Origin: Paecilomyces variotii | Taxonomy: Eukaryota | Length of the DNA stretch: 64,000 nt | Direction: 5' to 3' (one strand) | Assembly (NCBI GenBank): GCA_004022145.1 | Contig: RCNU01000007.1 | Program-made: the position numbers and the translations under genes | Notes under the pieces: model-generated | The model's input: only the letters and a program-made list of their open reading frames with translations | Databases searched by the model: none | What the model was told of the DNA's origin: nothing | Shown here: piece by piece, positions 1-12,671 of the stretch | Layout of the letters: every line of letters starts with the position of its first letter | Numbering within the stretch: position 1 is the stretch's first letter

Positions 1-1448
1 GCACATATCTGGTGACGAGTTATAGCGCGTGGTATCTGGCTTCGTCGACGACCACCACGGAAGTAAGTCCCTCCAATCCTTCTCTGGCTCCCTCATTCGG
101 GGGTTGGAGAGAGAAAGAGAGAGACATGGAAAGGCTAACCCAGGACAGACAGACTGCGTGACGAAGACGGCTTGCAACGGACAGGATACGGCGGTTACCA
201 CGACGCCCGGCAGCCCCGAGTGCACGATCGACCCGGATGTCCAAAGTGCGCTGTCGGTTGAGCAGGCGGCCGAAGAGACGATAATTAATGGGCAGCAGAT
301 CCCGCTTGCCTTCGAGCCGACAAACCCGGCGGGCTACAATGGATCGACGTTTACCTTGACGCAGTTCGGGTTGACAGACACTCTCACGGTTGTGAAGACG
401 TCGACGGTGACCATCCATCCGACTACAACGGTGACGGTCGTGGTGCCGCCGACGGCGCAGGCGGACTGTGCATACTGGTAGCGATTCTTTTCTATTTCTT
501 GCTCTCTCTCTCTCTCTGCATCTATATCTATATCTATCACTATGCTATGTATGTCTATGTATAGTGGCTGACAAGCACAGGATCACTGATTTCTTCTACA
601 TCTTCGAAGTCTACAACATCGCCGGCTGGAGCACCGACGGCGGCTCAAGCCTGAACCACGAAGAAAAAGGCTGCGGCGCCCTGACAGGCTGGGAGTGGCA
701 CGAGCATACTGACACCCAATATTCGCGCGCCTACTTCAACCTGCCCTTCATAATGAAGTCTGGCTGCGTCGAGCGGGCCATCGTCTCAGCTGGCGGGCCC
801 AAGCTGTCCTGTGAGTTCCAAGACTACGACTTCCTCCTCAAGAAGAAGCGATCCGCGGCCATTGACCCCCCGCCGCCGGCGCCGTCATGGTCGACGCTGC
901 ACAGGCGCGACCTCGTCAGCGAGACGCCCAGTTTCCCCAGCGGCTTGTCGACCGCGTCGAGCAACAGCACGCGCCCGGCGACGACGGCGCCCCTGTACAC
1001 GCCTGAGTCTTGGGGCCCCGGTAACACGGAGACGTTCACGACGACCCTCAACGAGACCTCGAAGTCGACATATACGACTGAGATCGTCCTGGCGACGGGG
1101 ACGAACTCCACGACGACAGGATCCAAGACGACCAGTACCCAGACTACCAATACGACGACGACCAGCACTACTACACCTACTACTACACCTACTCCTACCA
1201 CTGCACCTACTACCACTACTACTTCTCCTACTACTACTACATCAGGAGCAGTCGCAACCCCAACCCCCACCCAAGCCGGGATGGTAAGTAACTGCAAAAA
1301 GTTCTACTATGTTAAGAGCGGGGACGGCTGCCAGGCCATCGCGACAACGTACGGAATTACCCTGGACGAACTGTATACCTGGAATCCGGCGCTGAATGGG
1401 GATTGTACGGGGTTGTGGGCGGATTACTATATCTGTGTTGGTGTGTAG
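1..1448 (+). CDS. 3' part of a secreted Cys/Thr-rich protein with a C-terminal LysM domain (5' end outside the window)
   Basis: Exons join in frame across GT..AG introns at 63-148 and 478-580. A Thr-rich linker is followed by a typical fungal LysM ([52 protein letters not shown]). Confidence 0.85.
495..562. repeat. Compound (CT)n/(TATC/TATG)n microsatellite in an intron
   Basis: ctctctctctctctctgcatctatatctatatctatc...tatgtatgtctatgtat lies inside intron 478-580. Confidence 0.8.
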
Positions 1449-1454
1449 GTTGGT

Positions 1455-2060
1455 ATCTTTATACAGTAGAATATATCTATAGCTATATCTATAGCTTGTA
1501 ATAGGGAAGCGCCCTGCGAGTATATTAGCATAGCTAGATATATACTATACTGTATATATAATAAGATCCTTAAGGATATTTAGTATTAATAAGGGCTTTA
1601 ATAAATATAGTTCTATTAATTTCAGAATTGATATATATACTTTATATCAGTATATAAAGCAAACGCTAGGTAGGTAATGTGCAATTATCCGCTTATAGCA
1701 GGTTCCCGCATAGAACTAGATTGAACCTCCATTACACAGCGATAATTCTTGCTGCTTATACGGAGATAAATCCTAGCATTATTAGCCAGTGCATATGGAT
1801 ATGTTACTGAATAAGTACATGTACATTTGTGTCGGTATTCCTGGTTATACTGACCCTTCGCGGCGCGTTTTCTTCTTCTCCTCCCTATGAGTATATTCTA
1901 ATTAATGTATTATAATAGCTATGTATAATTACCTTATTTATTAAATAGTAGTTAATATAATTGCAAACACTATAAATTATATTAAATATTTACTGGTTAT
2001 AATAGTATAATAGTATTAAGATAACTATTATTGTATTTATAACCCACAGCAACACTAGTT
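1455..2060. other. AT/TpA-rich degenerate tract, RIP-like
   Basis: Abrupt switch from GC-rich CDS to TA-dense, ORF-free sequence. Confidence 0.6.
1717..1875 (+). repeat. Dispersed degenerate repeat, copy 1 (copy 2 at 13651-13800)
   Basis: Colinear shared blocks ttgaacctc / gataattcttgc / taaatc.tagcattatt / ccagtgca / ttactgaa / tcctggt / cccttc.cggcg.gtt. Confidence 0.8.
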
Positions 2061-2246
2061 AAACCGGAAAACACGGCAGCGGCGGAATTCTCGGAACTGA
2101 TTACTGTGGCTGATTAGACAACAACGGAGGGACACAGTCCGTGGTTTCCGTTTTTAGCCCGTCACCCTGTCTTTCGGGGTAGAAAAAACTTGTTCGCGTA
2201 GAAAGAATAATACATACTGTGATGTTCTAATCAGAGACCTGACGTC

Positions 2247-4737
2247 CTATCCCGACTGGGTGGCGGCTCCCGAATCTGCAAGTGTCATATCGTGTACTTG
2301 AAAATCTCCGCCATCGCATTGTGCCAGGCCATATGCGGCAGGGTCAAAGAATTGAGCTGACCATTCCATAGTGTTCGAGATTTCGCTTGGCCATTGCCAA
2401 TTATTCGAGGTTGCTGTCAGACTGTCGCCTGGTACGAGTGGAATGTTGTCGACTAAGCTCGTCGAGCAAAAGGGAACAGGTTGTTGAACATCTTCTGGTG
2501 CTAAAAGTTGCAGTTTGGTATTGGGAATATCTGGTGATAGCGTTAGAGGAGTCACTGCCATTATGCTATGTGCTGGAATGTTCATACTTCCCAATAACGA
2601 ACCCAGCCGCGTGAGGCCCTGTAGCATTTTCATTGCTTTCTTTGCAGCATCGGAGTTAGAGCTCAATGCTTCAAAGACTGTAAGGCATATCTCAGCATCC
2701 TCGCGCAACGTCCCGTGGGCGTCACAGTCTGCGCAGTCGTTTTCTGAGAAAGATTCTGCGATAAACAATATCGAGCTTGCACAGATAAGACAGGGAATCA
2801 TCTGCCACCATGGAAAATCATGTACGAGGCTCCCCTCGTCGCTGACATTGTGCAGCAGGCGTGCGGTTTGTTGAGCCTCGGATATACAGATCTTCTCTGC
2901 TCGCTTTATCCGAGCACTGTCTTGCTGAAGTAGATCCATAAATGGCTTGTTGTTCCGTTGTAGCAGGGGAAGGCATAAAAACGTTCGGTGTATGAGTGCC
3001 CGCAGGTGATGAAACTTCACTGCAAGCATATTTCGCTGTTAAGGTCAGAATCGTGGAAGCCATTTTCTGACAATCAGTCGCTGCAGCGGGATGACCGCGT
3101 ACCTGCCGTTTCAACGTAACCGACTTTTGAAATGTATGCCCAAGATCGAACCGCAGGTGCCGCGGCAAATTTGACTTCCATTCAGTGATCGACGTATCGA
3201 GTGCTGAAGCACTAAGAAGCATATTATCTGGTGATGGGTCTATCTGTGATGGCTGATAGAGCTCTCGAATGACTAATCCGACAATGTGGGAAAAGCGAAT
3301 CACCTGAAGAAAATAGTCCATCGTGGAGACCTTCAATATCTCACTGTTGTCCCCGGAGAGGCTCTTCTCTTCATCCGGCTCGAAAGCAAGTTTTTCTGAG
3401 CGGGATGGTAATATGACGTGAAAGTCTGATTCATGGATAGCCATGGGACGTCCTAGCTGCAAAGCCAGAAGACGGTCCAGCACATACATTGAGTACCATG
3501 CTCGTCGCCGCAGTTCTCTTTCTACTACGGGCGGGAATTTCGACTGTCGTAAAGTGGAAGAAGGTTCTACATGCAGGCCGATGCTCTGCCCCATGCGAAT
3601 AGCGAATCCAAGTATGTTCCAACATCTATGCTCTGTCAGCCGAAGCGCTCTGGACAAGAGACACACTGCTCACCTATCAGTCTGAGAAACTGCGAGGAGG
3701 AAAAAGCATTGGACAAGAAGAGCCCAGACGTTCGTAAGATTGCACATAGCTCCGAACTGGCCGGAAAAGTATGTGCCCTGGTTGAAGTACTGAAAGTGCA
3801 TCTGGAGATCTCTGGTCTCCTCGCGAGGAAAAGACATATAGTAAGAGCCAATTGCGAATATGAAATCTCTTGTAGTCAGTATACATCTGAGTATGTCACG
3901 AATGAACGTTCTTACTTATTAGCGCGAGCCACGAGCGGTCGCGTTTCCCGTCTAATTCACCGTTCCACAGTCGACGGTATTGGCGCAATACGGCTGCCTT
4001 GTAAAGAAATGGATAGGCAACGTGGATGGTAGAGAAATAGATATCGATATAACGATCTGCTTCCTCCTGAGAAGGAAGCTGTAGAGGTCGCCCAAATGCT
4101 GCCGTATCGTCGGACATGTCAACCTGCTCATAGCTTTGATTGTCGCGTTCCTCGCCTGTCGTGGCTGATTCATGTTCGCGCATACAGTCTCTTACAGTGT
4201 TAAAGAAATGTATGTCGCTCGCTCTGCCAACATAACTAGGTGATTCAACATCCTTTTTGCCACTAGCACCTTGGGTATCTGGACTCTGGCTTGCATCCCC
4301 AGAGACAATCTCATCGGGAATATGGCGACGGATATTAGTGAGAGTCATATCGAGCGCGGCACGTAGTGCACCATCCAGCCTTGGTCGCATACTCTGTATA
4401 AGGACTTCATAGTTCTTGATGGCCTGCAGATAGGCTGCAACATGGTTCTGCGTTGTTGGGGTAGCTCTGTTATCTGATATGCTAGACTCAGAGTGCGGAA
4501 TATCGCTGTCTTGGGCATATTTTCGAGTATCCTTGGTGGCTGTACGCTTTCTGTCTGCCCACCTACATGTGAAGCCATACCCGGAGCAACGACCGCAGAT
4601 AGGTTGCTGACCATCGCACTGAGGTAGATGTTAGCTTCTCAGACTGACGTGATAGGCGAAATACCAAAAGATAACAAGACCTTCGCTTTCAGCAGACGAC
4701 ATTTCTCACAGGCCAATTCGACTCTCTGTCGCTTCAT
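2247..4737 (-). CDS. Zn(II)2Cys6 transcription factor with fungal-specific TF (MHR) domain
   Basis: Spliced N-terminus MKRQRVELACEKCRLLKAK|CDGQQPICGRCSGYGFTC (intron 4619-4680). Middle region YIDIYFSTIHVAYPFL and AIRMGQSIGLH...RRRAWYSMYVLDRLLALQLGRP. Confidence 0.92.
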
Positions 4738-5996
4738 GATTGGAATCCAGGGCTGCAGTTCCACAGGTATTGCACGATGTTACACATGGAAATAGTGATG
4801 TTCGTCACACTGCCGGTTTGCGATGCGGCACAGAGAAACATTCCCAGTTTTGTCACATGATCTATTTTTTCCGTGGCCAGCAGCAACTGACATCATGCGA
4901 CGTTTTTGCAATATGCGATCAGTTGACTATGTCTGATCTTCTGTCGATGCTGCAATGGCTGTATTATTGCAGAGCTGTAGTTATTAATTTGCGAGATCAA
5001 CCTAGCGGAAACAGTTCATGAACGAGAGGTATAAGTAATGACCGCTTTCTTGCCAGGCTCGAACTCCTCCTCGAATGGCCTCTTATGAAACAGAAAGCCG
5101 GCTCTTTGCTCTTTTGATTTATGGGTGAGCGCTACCAGTAATAATTATGGATTTATCACAGCTTTCTCCCCAGGAATAGTTCTGTCGGTGATGTCGCTGG
5201 AAATATTACGGTAGAAACCTATCTGTCTGGATGCAATTTAGATAACATGGGCGTCTAGTCTCAGTCATTACAAGATTTAACGAACTTAACTATCTACTCC
5301 GTATGTTACTTACTCGTCTTAAGGCCAATTTATCCCCTCTGCGGCTCGGTTCACGTGACTGCTAGGATTCGGTAACGAAGCCTAGCAATTTAGTTAAAGA
5401 GCCCCTATAAAATAGTTAAAGGCTATCCCTAAACTAGTTCAGCTACCACTATCTACATAGCGAAACACCTCCCTAAAGTTTCACGCTAATATTCCCCCTT
5501 GTTTTATAGGGTACCACACCGCACCCTCGGCACCTACGTCGGGGATTTAACCGCTTAAAGGCATGCCAAGTATACCGAAAAGCGCCCTCTAAAAGCACCT
5601 GTAAGTTAGTTAAACAAGCAGCGAATATTGAAACCTTAGATATAGGCGATATCTACTTAAAGGTCCTGTAGATTATGCTTTTACCGAGTTCTAGTAGTCT
5701 CATAAGATTATCCGTTACGAGTCTCAGGCCCACTGAACTAGGTCCCTCTTAGGAACGTCCTCAACCGGAGGGGCAAGGGGATAGTTGCTGTCGACTCGAG
5801 AAAGGGGGGCGTGGATCGAAAATGTGAGAACTACACGGGCCGCCCGAGCCGGGAGAATGGACACGCCTAGGGACTAGTTAGGGCAATATCAGACATTTCC
5901 GCGCGGGCAGTAAACAGCAACCACAGAGACATTGAGTATTCAATTACTTACTCTTCATGCTAGAGATATCGATCTCATACCGACCTAGGAGCGACA

Positions 5997-7550
5997 ATGG
6001 AAGAGAAAGGCCCGCAGCATCATGGTTACAGAAACGAGAATGAAGGCCAGCCTCGACTTTACGATTCTACGTCCTGTCGGGAGCATCGAAGATCGGAGCA
6101 GAATCGACAATTTGACTCCCCGTATGAGCAGACATACCGCTCGCCGAGTCCCTCTGAACAATATTCTTTCCCGGAAGCAGAATCCAATCTCGATGAAGTG
6201 GCAGCACCATCACCCACATACGACCCTAGCGAAGACTATATACGCAGACATAAATATCTGGAGGATGTGAGATCGGATAACTCAAGACGAAGAAGAACAT
6301 CTGGTGACCATCCACGACCTGGGAAGAGGCATTCGCATGGGGCTGGTGTCGAGGCTTCAGCATCTGAACCGCTCGATGTCGAAGCACCCAGTTCAGGAGT
6401 GAGAGAAAAGACTGGAGAGGGACGCCCGTCATCACGCCTTTGGACGGAATTGTACACGATATCTTATTTGATTTTCTTCTCCTTCGTGGGAACCATACTC
6501 AGGCTGGCCATCGAGGCTCTAACGTTCTACCCCGGTGCCCCCGTTATTACCAGCGTCCTTTGGGCCAATGTCGGGGGTAGCTTCGTCATGGGCTTTCTCA
6601 GCGAGGACCGCCGGCTATTTAGCATTGGCGGTCCAAAGGACAGCCCGGCTGTCTCAGAAGCAGAGGATGAGGATTTTGTAAAGGCACATCATGCCCACAA
6701 GAAAACTATTCCGCTCTATATCGGTCTGGCGACCGGTTTCTGCGGTACCTTGACTTCCTTCTCGACCTTCATTCGCGACGCCTTCGTTGCCATCTCCAAT
6801 GATATCCCCGCGCCTCACGGACCATATTCAAGAGTGTCAATATACCAGTTGCCTCCCCCAGATCTCAAAGCTCCCAATGGTGGCTACAGTTTCATGGCAG
6901 TTGTAGCTGTTCTGATTACGGAGATCGGTCTATCTATGGCAGGGTTAATGGTTGGAGCTCATTTCGCTCTATTGACAGCACAATGCTTGCCCCCTGTCTC
7001 AACAAAGTTCATGCGGCAGTTTCTGGATCCACTTATCATGTTAATCGCTCCTCTAACCTGGATCCTCGTGATATGTCTTGTTGTCCTCTTGCCCCATTAT
7101 CACAGCGACAACAGCTTATGGAACGCAGAGATATGGCGAGGCCCTGCGCTGTTTTCTCTCGTCTTTGCTCCAGCTGGCTGTCTCGTTCGCTTCTACGTAT
7201 CGCTGAAGCTTAACAGTCGCATACCTTCGTTTCCCTTGGGGACATTCGTGGTGAATGTTGGCGGAACGATGATCTTGGGAATGGCGTACTCGCTGCAGCA
7301 CGCGCGGATCGGCTCTACCCTCGGCGGAGGAGGATTTACAGGCTGCCAGGTGCTGCAAGGCATTATGGATGGATTCTGCGGATGTGTCACAACTGTCAGC
7401 ACCTGGGTACTGGAGTTGTCCAACTCCAGACGACGACATGCCTATGTATATGGTGGAGCTACGGTCGCCGTCGCACTGGCAATGTTGGTAGTGGAGATTG
7501 GCAGTCTCCGGTGGACTAGAGGCTTTACAACTGCCGCCTGTTTTGTGTGA
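5997..7550 (+). CDS. FEX: FEX-type fluoride exporter (two CrcB/Fluc domains)
   Basis: Intronless 517 aa. Two Fluc signatures, GLATGFCGTLTSFSTF and GIMDGFCGCVTTVSTW, plus R...N pairs (GTILRL...ANVGGSF; GCLVRF...GTFVVNVGG). Confidence 0.92.
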   Translation: MEEKGPQHHGYRNENEGQPRLYDSTSCREHRRSEQNRQFDSPYEQTYRSPSPSEQYSFPEAESNLDEVAAPSPTYDPSEDYIRRHKYLEDVRSDNSRRRRTSGDHPRPGKRHSHGAGVEASASEPLDVEAPSSGVREKTGEGRPSSRLWTELYTISYLIFFSFVGTILRLAIEALTFYPGAPVITSVLWANVGGSFVMGFLSEDRRLFSIGGPKDSPAVSEAEDEDFVKAHHAHKKTIPLYIGLATGFCGTLTSFSTFIRDAFVAISNDIPAPHGPYSRVSIYQLPPPDLKAPNGGYSFMAVVAVLITEIGLSMAGLMVGAHFALLTAQCLPPVSTKFMRQFLDPLIMLIAPLTWILVICLVVLLPHYHSDNSLWNAEIWRGPALFSLVFAPAGCLVRFYVSLKLNSRIPSFPLGTFVVNVGGTMILGMAYSLQHARIGSTLGGGGFTGCQVLQGIMDGFCGCVTTVSTWVLELSNSRRRHAYVYGGATVAVALAMLVVEIGSLRWTRGFTTAACFV

Positions 7551-8300
7551 ATGGGCGTAGCTTCCTCACGGTTTGGCAAGCGATTTTCGAGTATATCATA
7601 ACTACCGAACGTGTGATGGTTTCCTTTTCACGCGCTGGTGTTCTGGTGCTGTCGATAGTTTTCATTATCAGAGATACAGTCTATAGAGAATATTTACCAT
7701 ATATGGAGAAGGATAAATAAAATTTATCGGATCAGTTGAAAAGGAACAAACAAACCATAAATTGAAATCCAACAGACATTATTACCCTGACAGTCTAAGA
7801 CCACAACTAAGAGCCCGTAAAACTTATTTGACATGCAGGGGTTAGTTTTTGTAGCAGTATTCTTATTCTCAATTTTAGTGGAATGCTCTGTACCATTGCG
7901 GCTGTGAGCCTTCTGAGCATTTGCCAATCTAGACAAAATAAGGTTACCAGGACGTTCATTCCTGTCATTCGCAGAGGCGCAGAAATGGCATTCAACTATC
8001 GAATTTGCTTGCTTAAGACTCGGAATCTAAGAGAGATTTGGCCCATGTTCAGCCGCTGCTTAGACAAAATGATTAGATGAGTAGCATCCAGTAATTTGCT
8101 TCCCTTAGTCAAGCTCACTAACGGCATTCGCTACCTCGCATAGGTACGCTGCTGCTGCTGACAGTTCAATCAACATTGAACCTCAAATGGCGCTCGGCTT
8201 CGACGAAAGAGACCACTCGATTGACACTTTAACGCGGAAACTGGTACTTAATGGTTTTTCGCGAATTGGGGTTCCTCCGCAAATAAACGCACACCCACGT

Positions 8301-11300
8301 TCATTCCATATCACCTTCTTCCTTGCTAGCGAGAAAGAAACGACCTCCTCCGCTTTCGCCTTCCTTCTCGTACTGAACAGATATTTGAGCGAGATGGCTC
8401 AGAATCGTCCCAATCTGGATGTCTCCTTTACTCCGCTTAGTTCGACCGAGTTCGTCCAGCCACCGAATCTTGTTCAGAGCATAGTATATCAGCGCGAGGA
8501 CAACGGTGACTCCAATGGCATAGCCCCAGATCCGGACAACCGTCACAATATCCGTCCACCCATTTTGTGTTTCCTTCGGAGTATTAAGTAACTGGTCATA
8601 GGGGTCCGTGACCATGTCTCTATTCGAGAGCCAGCCAAACAAGCAAAATATTGTGGCCAAGGCATCGACACCAAATATTGCGCCGACCAACTGTAGTGAC
8701 GGCCAGGTATCAGCTCCTCTGGTGATAAATATCAGCCAATTTTCTGTTAGTGCAACCTCGAGGAAAATGACCTCTTCGATAGAGCCCCAGTTCTGAATAA
8801 TGCCGCCATCCGGGAGAAACATAGTCCCACGAATAACCCATGTTGCTGCTGCAAGTAAGATGCCAAGTATAATAGAGATAATCCAGATCTTTGGCAGCTG
8901 CCATTCTACCGGTCTGAGCTCATAAGATGCATGGTCATATGCGATAGCAACAGTAGCCAGATCAGCAAAAAGCGCAAGAAAAACAATTAAATCAGCCCGG
9001 ATACTTTCATTCAAAATAATCATACTCGTGACAAGATAGATTTCCAAATGAAGACAGAGTGCTATCCTATATTGGATATATGCCTTCATTCGATGAAATA
9101 TCTGCCGAGCAACTTTGATGGAGTCAATGATTGTTGAAAGTCCCGGCTCTAAAAAAACAATATCTGCAGCAGATTGAGCAGCCTCAGATGCCCCCTCAAC
9201 TGCAATACCACAATCAGCCTTTTTTAGGGAAGGCGCATCGTTTACCCCATCTCCAGTCATGGCAGTGAGATGGCCACGATCTTGAAGTATCTCAACGACT
9301 TGGTATTTGTGTTCAGGAAAAACCTCAGCAAATCCATCAGCTTTCTCAACTAATTCAGCGGCCATCGCACCACTTAGACCGCCACTGATAAGCTTCTCAG
9401 ATTTGAACACCCTAGTACCTAGGCCCAGCATTTTACAGGTCTCTTTTGCAATAGCAATAGCATCACCTGTAAGCATCTTAACTTGAATCCCAAGCTTTTG
9501 GGCTTCAGCAATTGTTTGGGCGGTATCCTCGCGGGGAGGATCAAACATCGGAAGCATGCCAAGGAGAGTCCAATCTTCACCTTCCTTTTGAACAGCAACA
9601 CCTAAGGAACGGAAGCCGCGGCTGCCAAATTCTGTTGCTTTTTCTTTATACGTCTTTGCAGTGCTCTCCGAGGAGTTAGTGAGCTGCAAAACAGCCTGCG
9701 GCGCACCTTTGGTGCATGTATATCTCGTCCCGTTGCAAGTTGCAACTGATACAATCCGCTTCGAAACCGGGTCAAACGGATGAAATTCTTCCATTTTCCA
9801 ACCTTGCTGAAGGATCTCTTTTGCCTTGGGGTACTGTCTGAGTGATAAAATAGTGATCCTATCAATGGGATCAAGGGTGTTAACATTATGGGATGATGCT
9901 AGTGCTGCCACGGCAAACAGCCAGTTCACATCGACCCCTTCTGCCACAAACGGTTCTCGGATGCTGAGTCGATTTGCTGTTAGAGTTCCAGTCTTATCGG
10001 AACATAGGACATCAACACCCTAAGTTTCTGTTAGAACAGAGTTTCCGAAATAGATGAAGGAGAACAAAGGATATATCAATACTTACCGAAAGTGACTCAA
10101 TGGCGGTGAGCTTCTGTACAATAGCTTTCTTCTTTGCGAGATACGCTGCTCCAACAGCTAATGTCGTGGTTGTAACGACTGGAAGGCCGACCGGGACTCC
10201 GATGATCAACAATTCTAGGGTGTAAAAGAGAAGGGTCTGTTCTTTTGGCGAGGCAATAGGGATATTCCGATAGAACCCGCCAATCCACATAGCTAGGATC
10301 CATGCCATCACGAGAACTAGTAGAACTGTGCCAATACTATCCATGACCATTTTAAAATGACCGGTGTCCTTCGTATTCTGAACCATGGCAGCGGTTCGAC
10401 CAACGAAGGTCCTCGGCCCAGTCGACTGGACCACCGCATAGGCTTTACCACGCTTGCATCCAGTGGTGTAGAAAGCCGTATCGCCCACATAGCGATCAAC
10501 GGCAAGAGACTCACCAGTTATAGCTGAATGGTCACAAGCTATGACTGAGGGTCCTCGCTGATCTGTTTCGTCATGCTCGCTGCCGTCTTTATCCTCCGAG
10601 TGATCAGCCGCTCCGGCTGACAGTTTCCCCTCCTCCATAAGCCTTTTATATTCGTTCCATCCATTTTCGGGGTCATCGTAGGCGCAAATTATTTTAGCAT
10701 CTGCGGGAATTGTCTGGCCCTCGTCGATTATGATCTTGTTATTGACTTAGTATGGTATCCTCGTTCAACCCATGAGAGGAGTGAAAATCAAATTTTGACT
10801 TACCACGTCTCCAGGAACAAGCTCACGCGCGTAAGTATCAACTTCCTCTCCGTCACGAACTACTATAGCTCGCATAGCAATATCGGCTTTGAGTGCGGAA
10901 ACAACATCAGCAGCTCGCTTCTCCTGATACCAGCCCACCACAGCGTTCAGGCACAGAATGCCAATGATAACACCGAAGTCTATCCAGTCCTCTAGTCCTG
11001 CAGCGAGCAAAACCGCGAGCTCCATCACTATAGCAGATTAGAATTACCCTGTATGATAGAGAGGAGTCGGTTATAAGATGGATCCTACCATATAAGATGG
11101 GCCCTTGAAAATAAGAGAGGAATTTAGCAAACGGATTCTCCTTCTCCGCAGCTAGTTCATTGTAACCAACGAGACTCCGTCTCGTAGACACGTCGGATTC
11201 AGAGAGGCCTTGACGAATATCGGTGAGAAGCCATTCTTCTGGAAAGCTAGGTGTGCTTCCAATGTATCTCCAACGAAATCTCTTCTGTCGCCAAGGAGCG

Positions 11301-11500
11301 TACCAGATGCGGCGGGTTCGCACCTCTCCCTCTTCTGGACCATGAACGTCCTTGTCTCGATAAGTTGACGCATACTTGACAAGCCTAGTAAACTCGTCTA
11401 GTTTCTCCCCGTCCTTGCTGGAGACGCGTGATGGACGTCTGTCTGCTGCGTCGTGTTCAACGTCGCGACTATTGTCGCCATCAACACCGTCTCGGGACAT
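8301..11500 (-). CDS. Plasma-membrane P3A-type H+-ATPase (PMA family), multi-exon
   Basis: [18 protein letters not shown] (phospho-Asp, ~9975-10000), [24 protein letters not shown] and ALTENW motifs. Three introns at approx. 10020-10086, 10736-10802 and 11029-11087. Confidence 0.95.
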
Positions 11501-12443
11501 TCTGCGGCTAGTGCGTACTTAATAGGAAGCCAGGCAATTAACACTTCTAACGCGATTTCGGTATGTTATTCCCCAACTTGATCACACGGTGATTAAGAAG
11601 CAAACCAAGATGCTTAAATAATGCATTCTAGGATCTGCAAGCTCAACGGTTATATGGCCAAGTTAGAAGTACAATGACGGACGACAACCCTTTGTTTGAG
11701 CCGATTATGATGTTATCGGCCGGATACTTCCCAACCATGGCCTGGATCAAAATCCTGAAGTATGACATTGTATTCAACAAAAGCCAAGGACAATCAAACA
11801 GAAGTTTGAGTGGATCCCTGCAGATGTATACTCGTTCGGGTTCAAAAAGCTACATGGTACCCTCCGCCATATCCGGGACAGTTTCAGGTTTCGACTATAT
11901 ACTCTATCTTAGCTGGAGTCTAGGTACCTACTGAGGACCACAGCTAGTATCAACGAACACTGATTCTCTTGTCTGAATAACCCACTGCTATCTACGTCGT
12001 TCACTTGTCTGGCGTCACCATTACGACTGGACAGTGACATGTTGACAAAGAGCAATCAACCCGTCCGGACCGTCTTCGTTATAGTATGCTTCGATATCTT
12101 TATTATCTTGATTTCACCTAGTACCTAGTTTTCGACTCTAATAACTGCAAGATCCGATATGTTAGTTGAAGTCTTACAATTGCTATTGAACCTATCGTTA
12201 TATACCTACCGAGTGTACAGCGACGTCTTTCCCTCTTATATCTCAGAACTTCTGAAGTGTCCCAATTCCATGACACAAGACTTTGGAGTAATCTATATAC
12301 ATATATTTCGGGCCTAGATTCCTCTCCCAAAGTAAAGTATGACTACCCAAACCCCAACCCTGCCTTCGGTCTTCACAGAAGAGGAAATACGAAAGTTAGT
12401 AGACTGACCTGTGTGTGACTAGACATAACATTAACAAACACTG

Positions 12444-12671
12444 ATGGCTACCATTCTAGTCTCACAACCCCGGCCAACGAGTGACAACATTCGCAAAATC
12501 ATGAAACGAAGCGATTGGGCGCAGAATCAGCCGGGTGTTATTCTTGTATTTGTGATCGTCTTCATTATCGGCTGCGGAATCCTTATGGTGATGATCCATA
12601 AGGAATGGTTGGCACGGAAAGCTGAAAGGGCTAAATGGAGCGTCGAAGAGATTACGGATGATGATAAATAG
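12444..12671 (+). CDS. Small single-pass membrane protein (75 aa), divergent from the H+-ATPase
   Basis: WAQNQPGVILVFVIVFIIGCGILMVMIHK hydrophobic helix with a basic C-terminal flank. Confidence 0.6.
   Translation: MATILVSQPRPTSDNIRKIMKRSDWAQNQPGVILVFVIVFIIGCGILMVMIHKEWLARKAERAKWSVEEITDDDK

Noticed and set aside
824-1297. Val-rich minus-strand ORF (and Arg-rich alternative frame 811-1287)
   Set aside because: Shadows of the Thr-rich linker of the LysM gene.
5760-5996. Fluoride riboswitch upstream of FEX
   Set aside because: No crcB-motif consensus was recognised, and this riboswitch class is prokaryotic.
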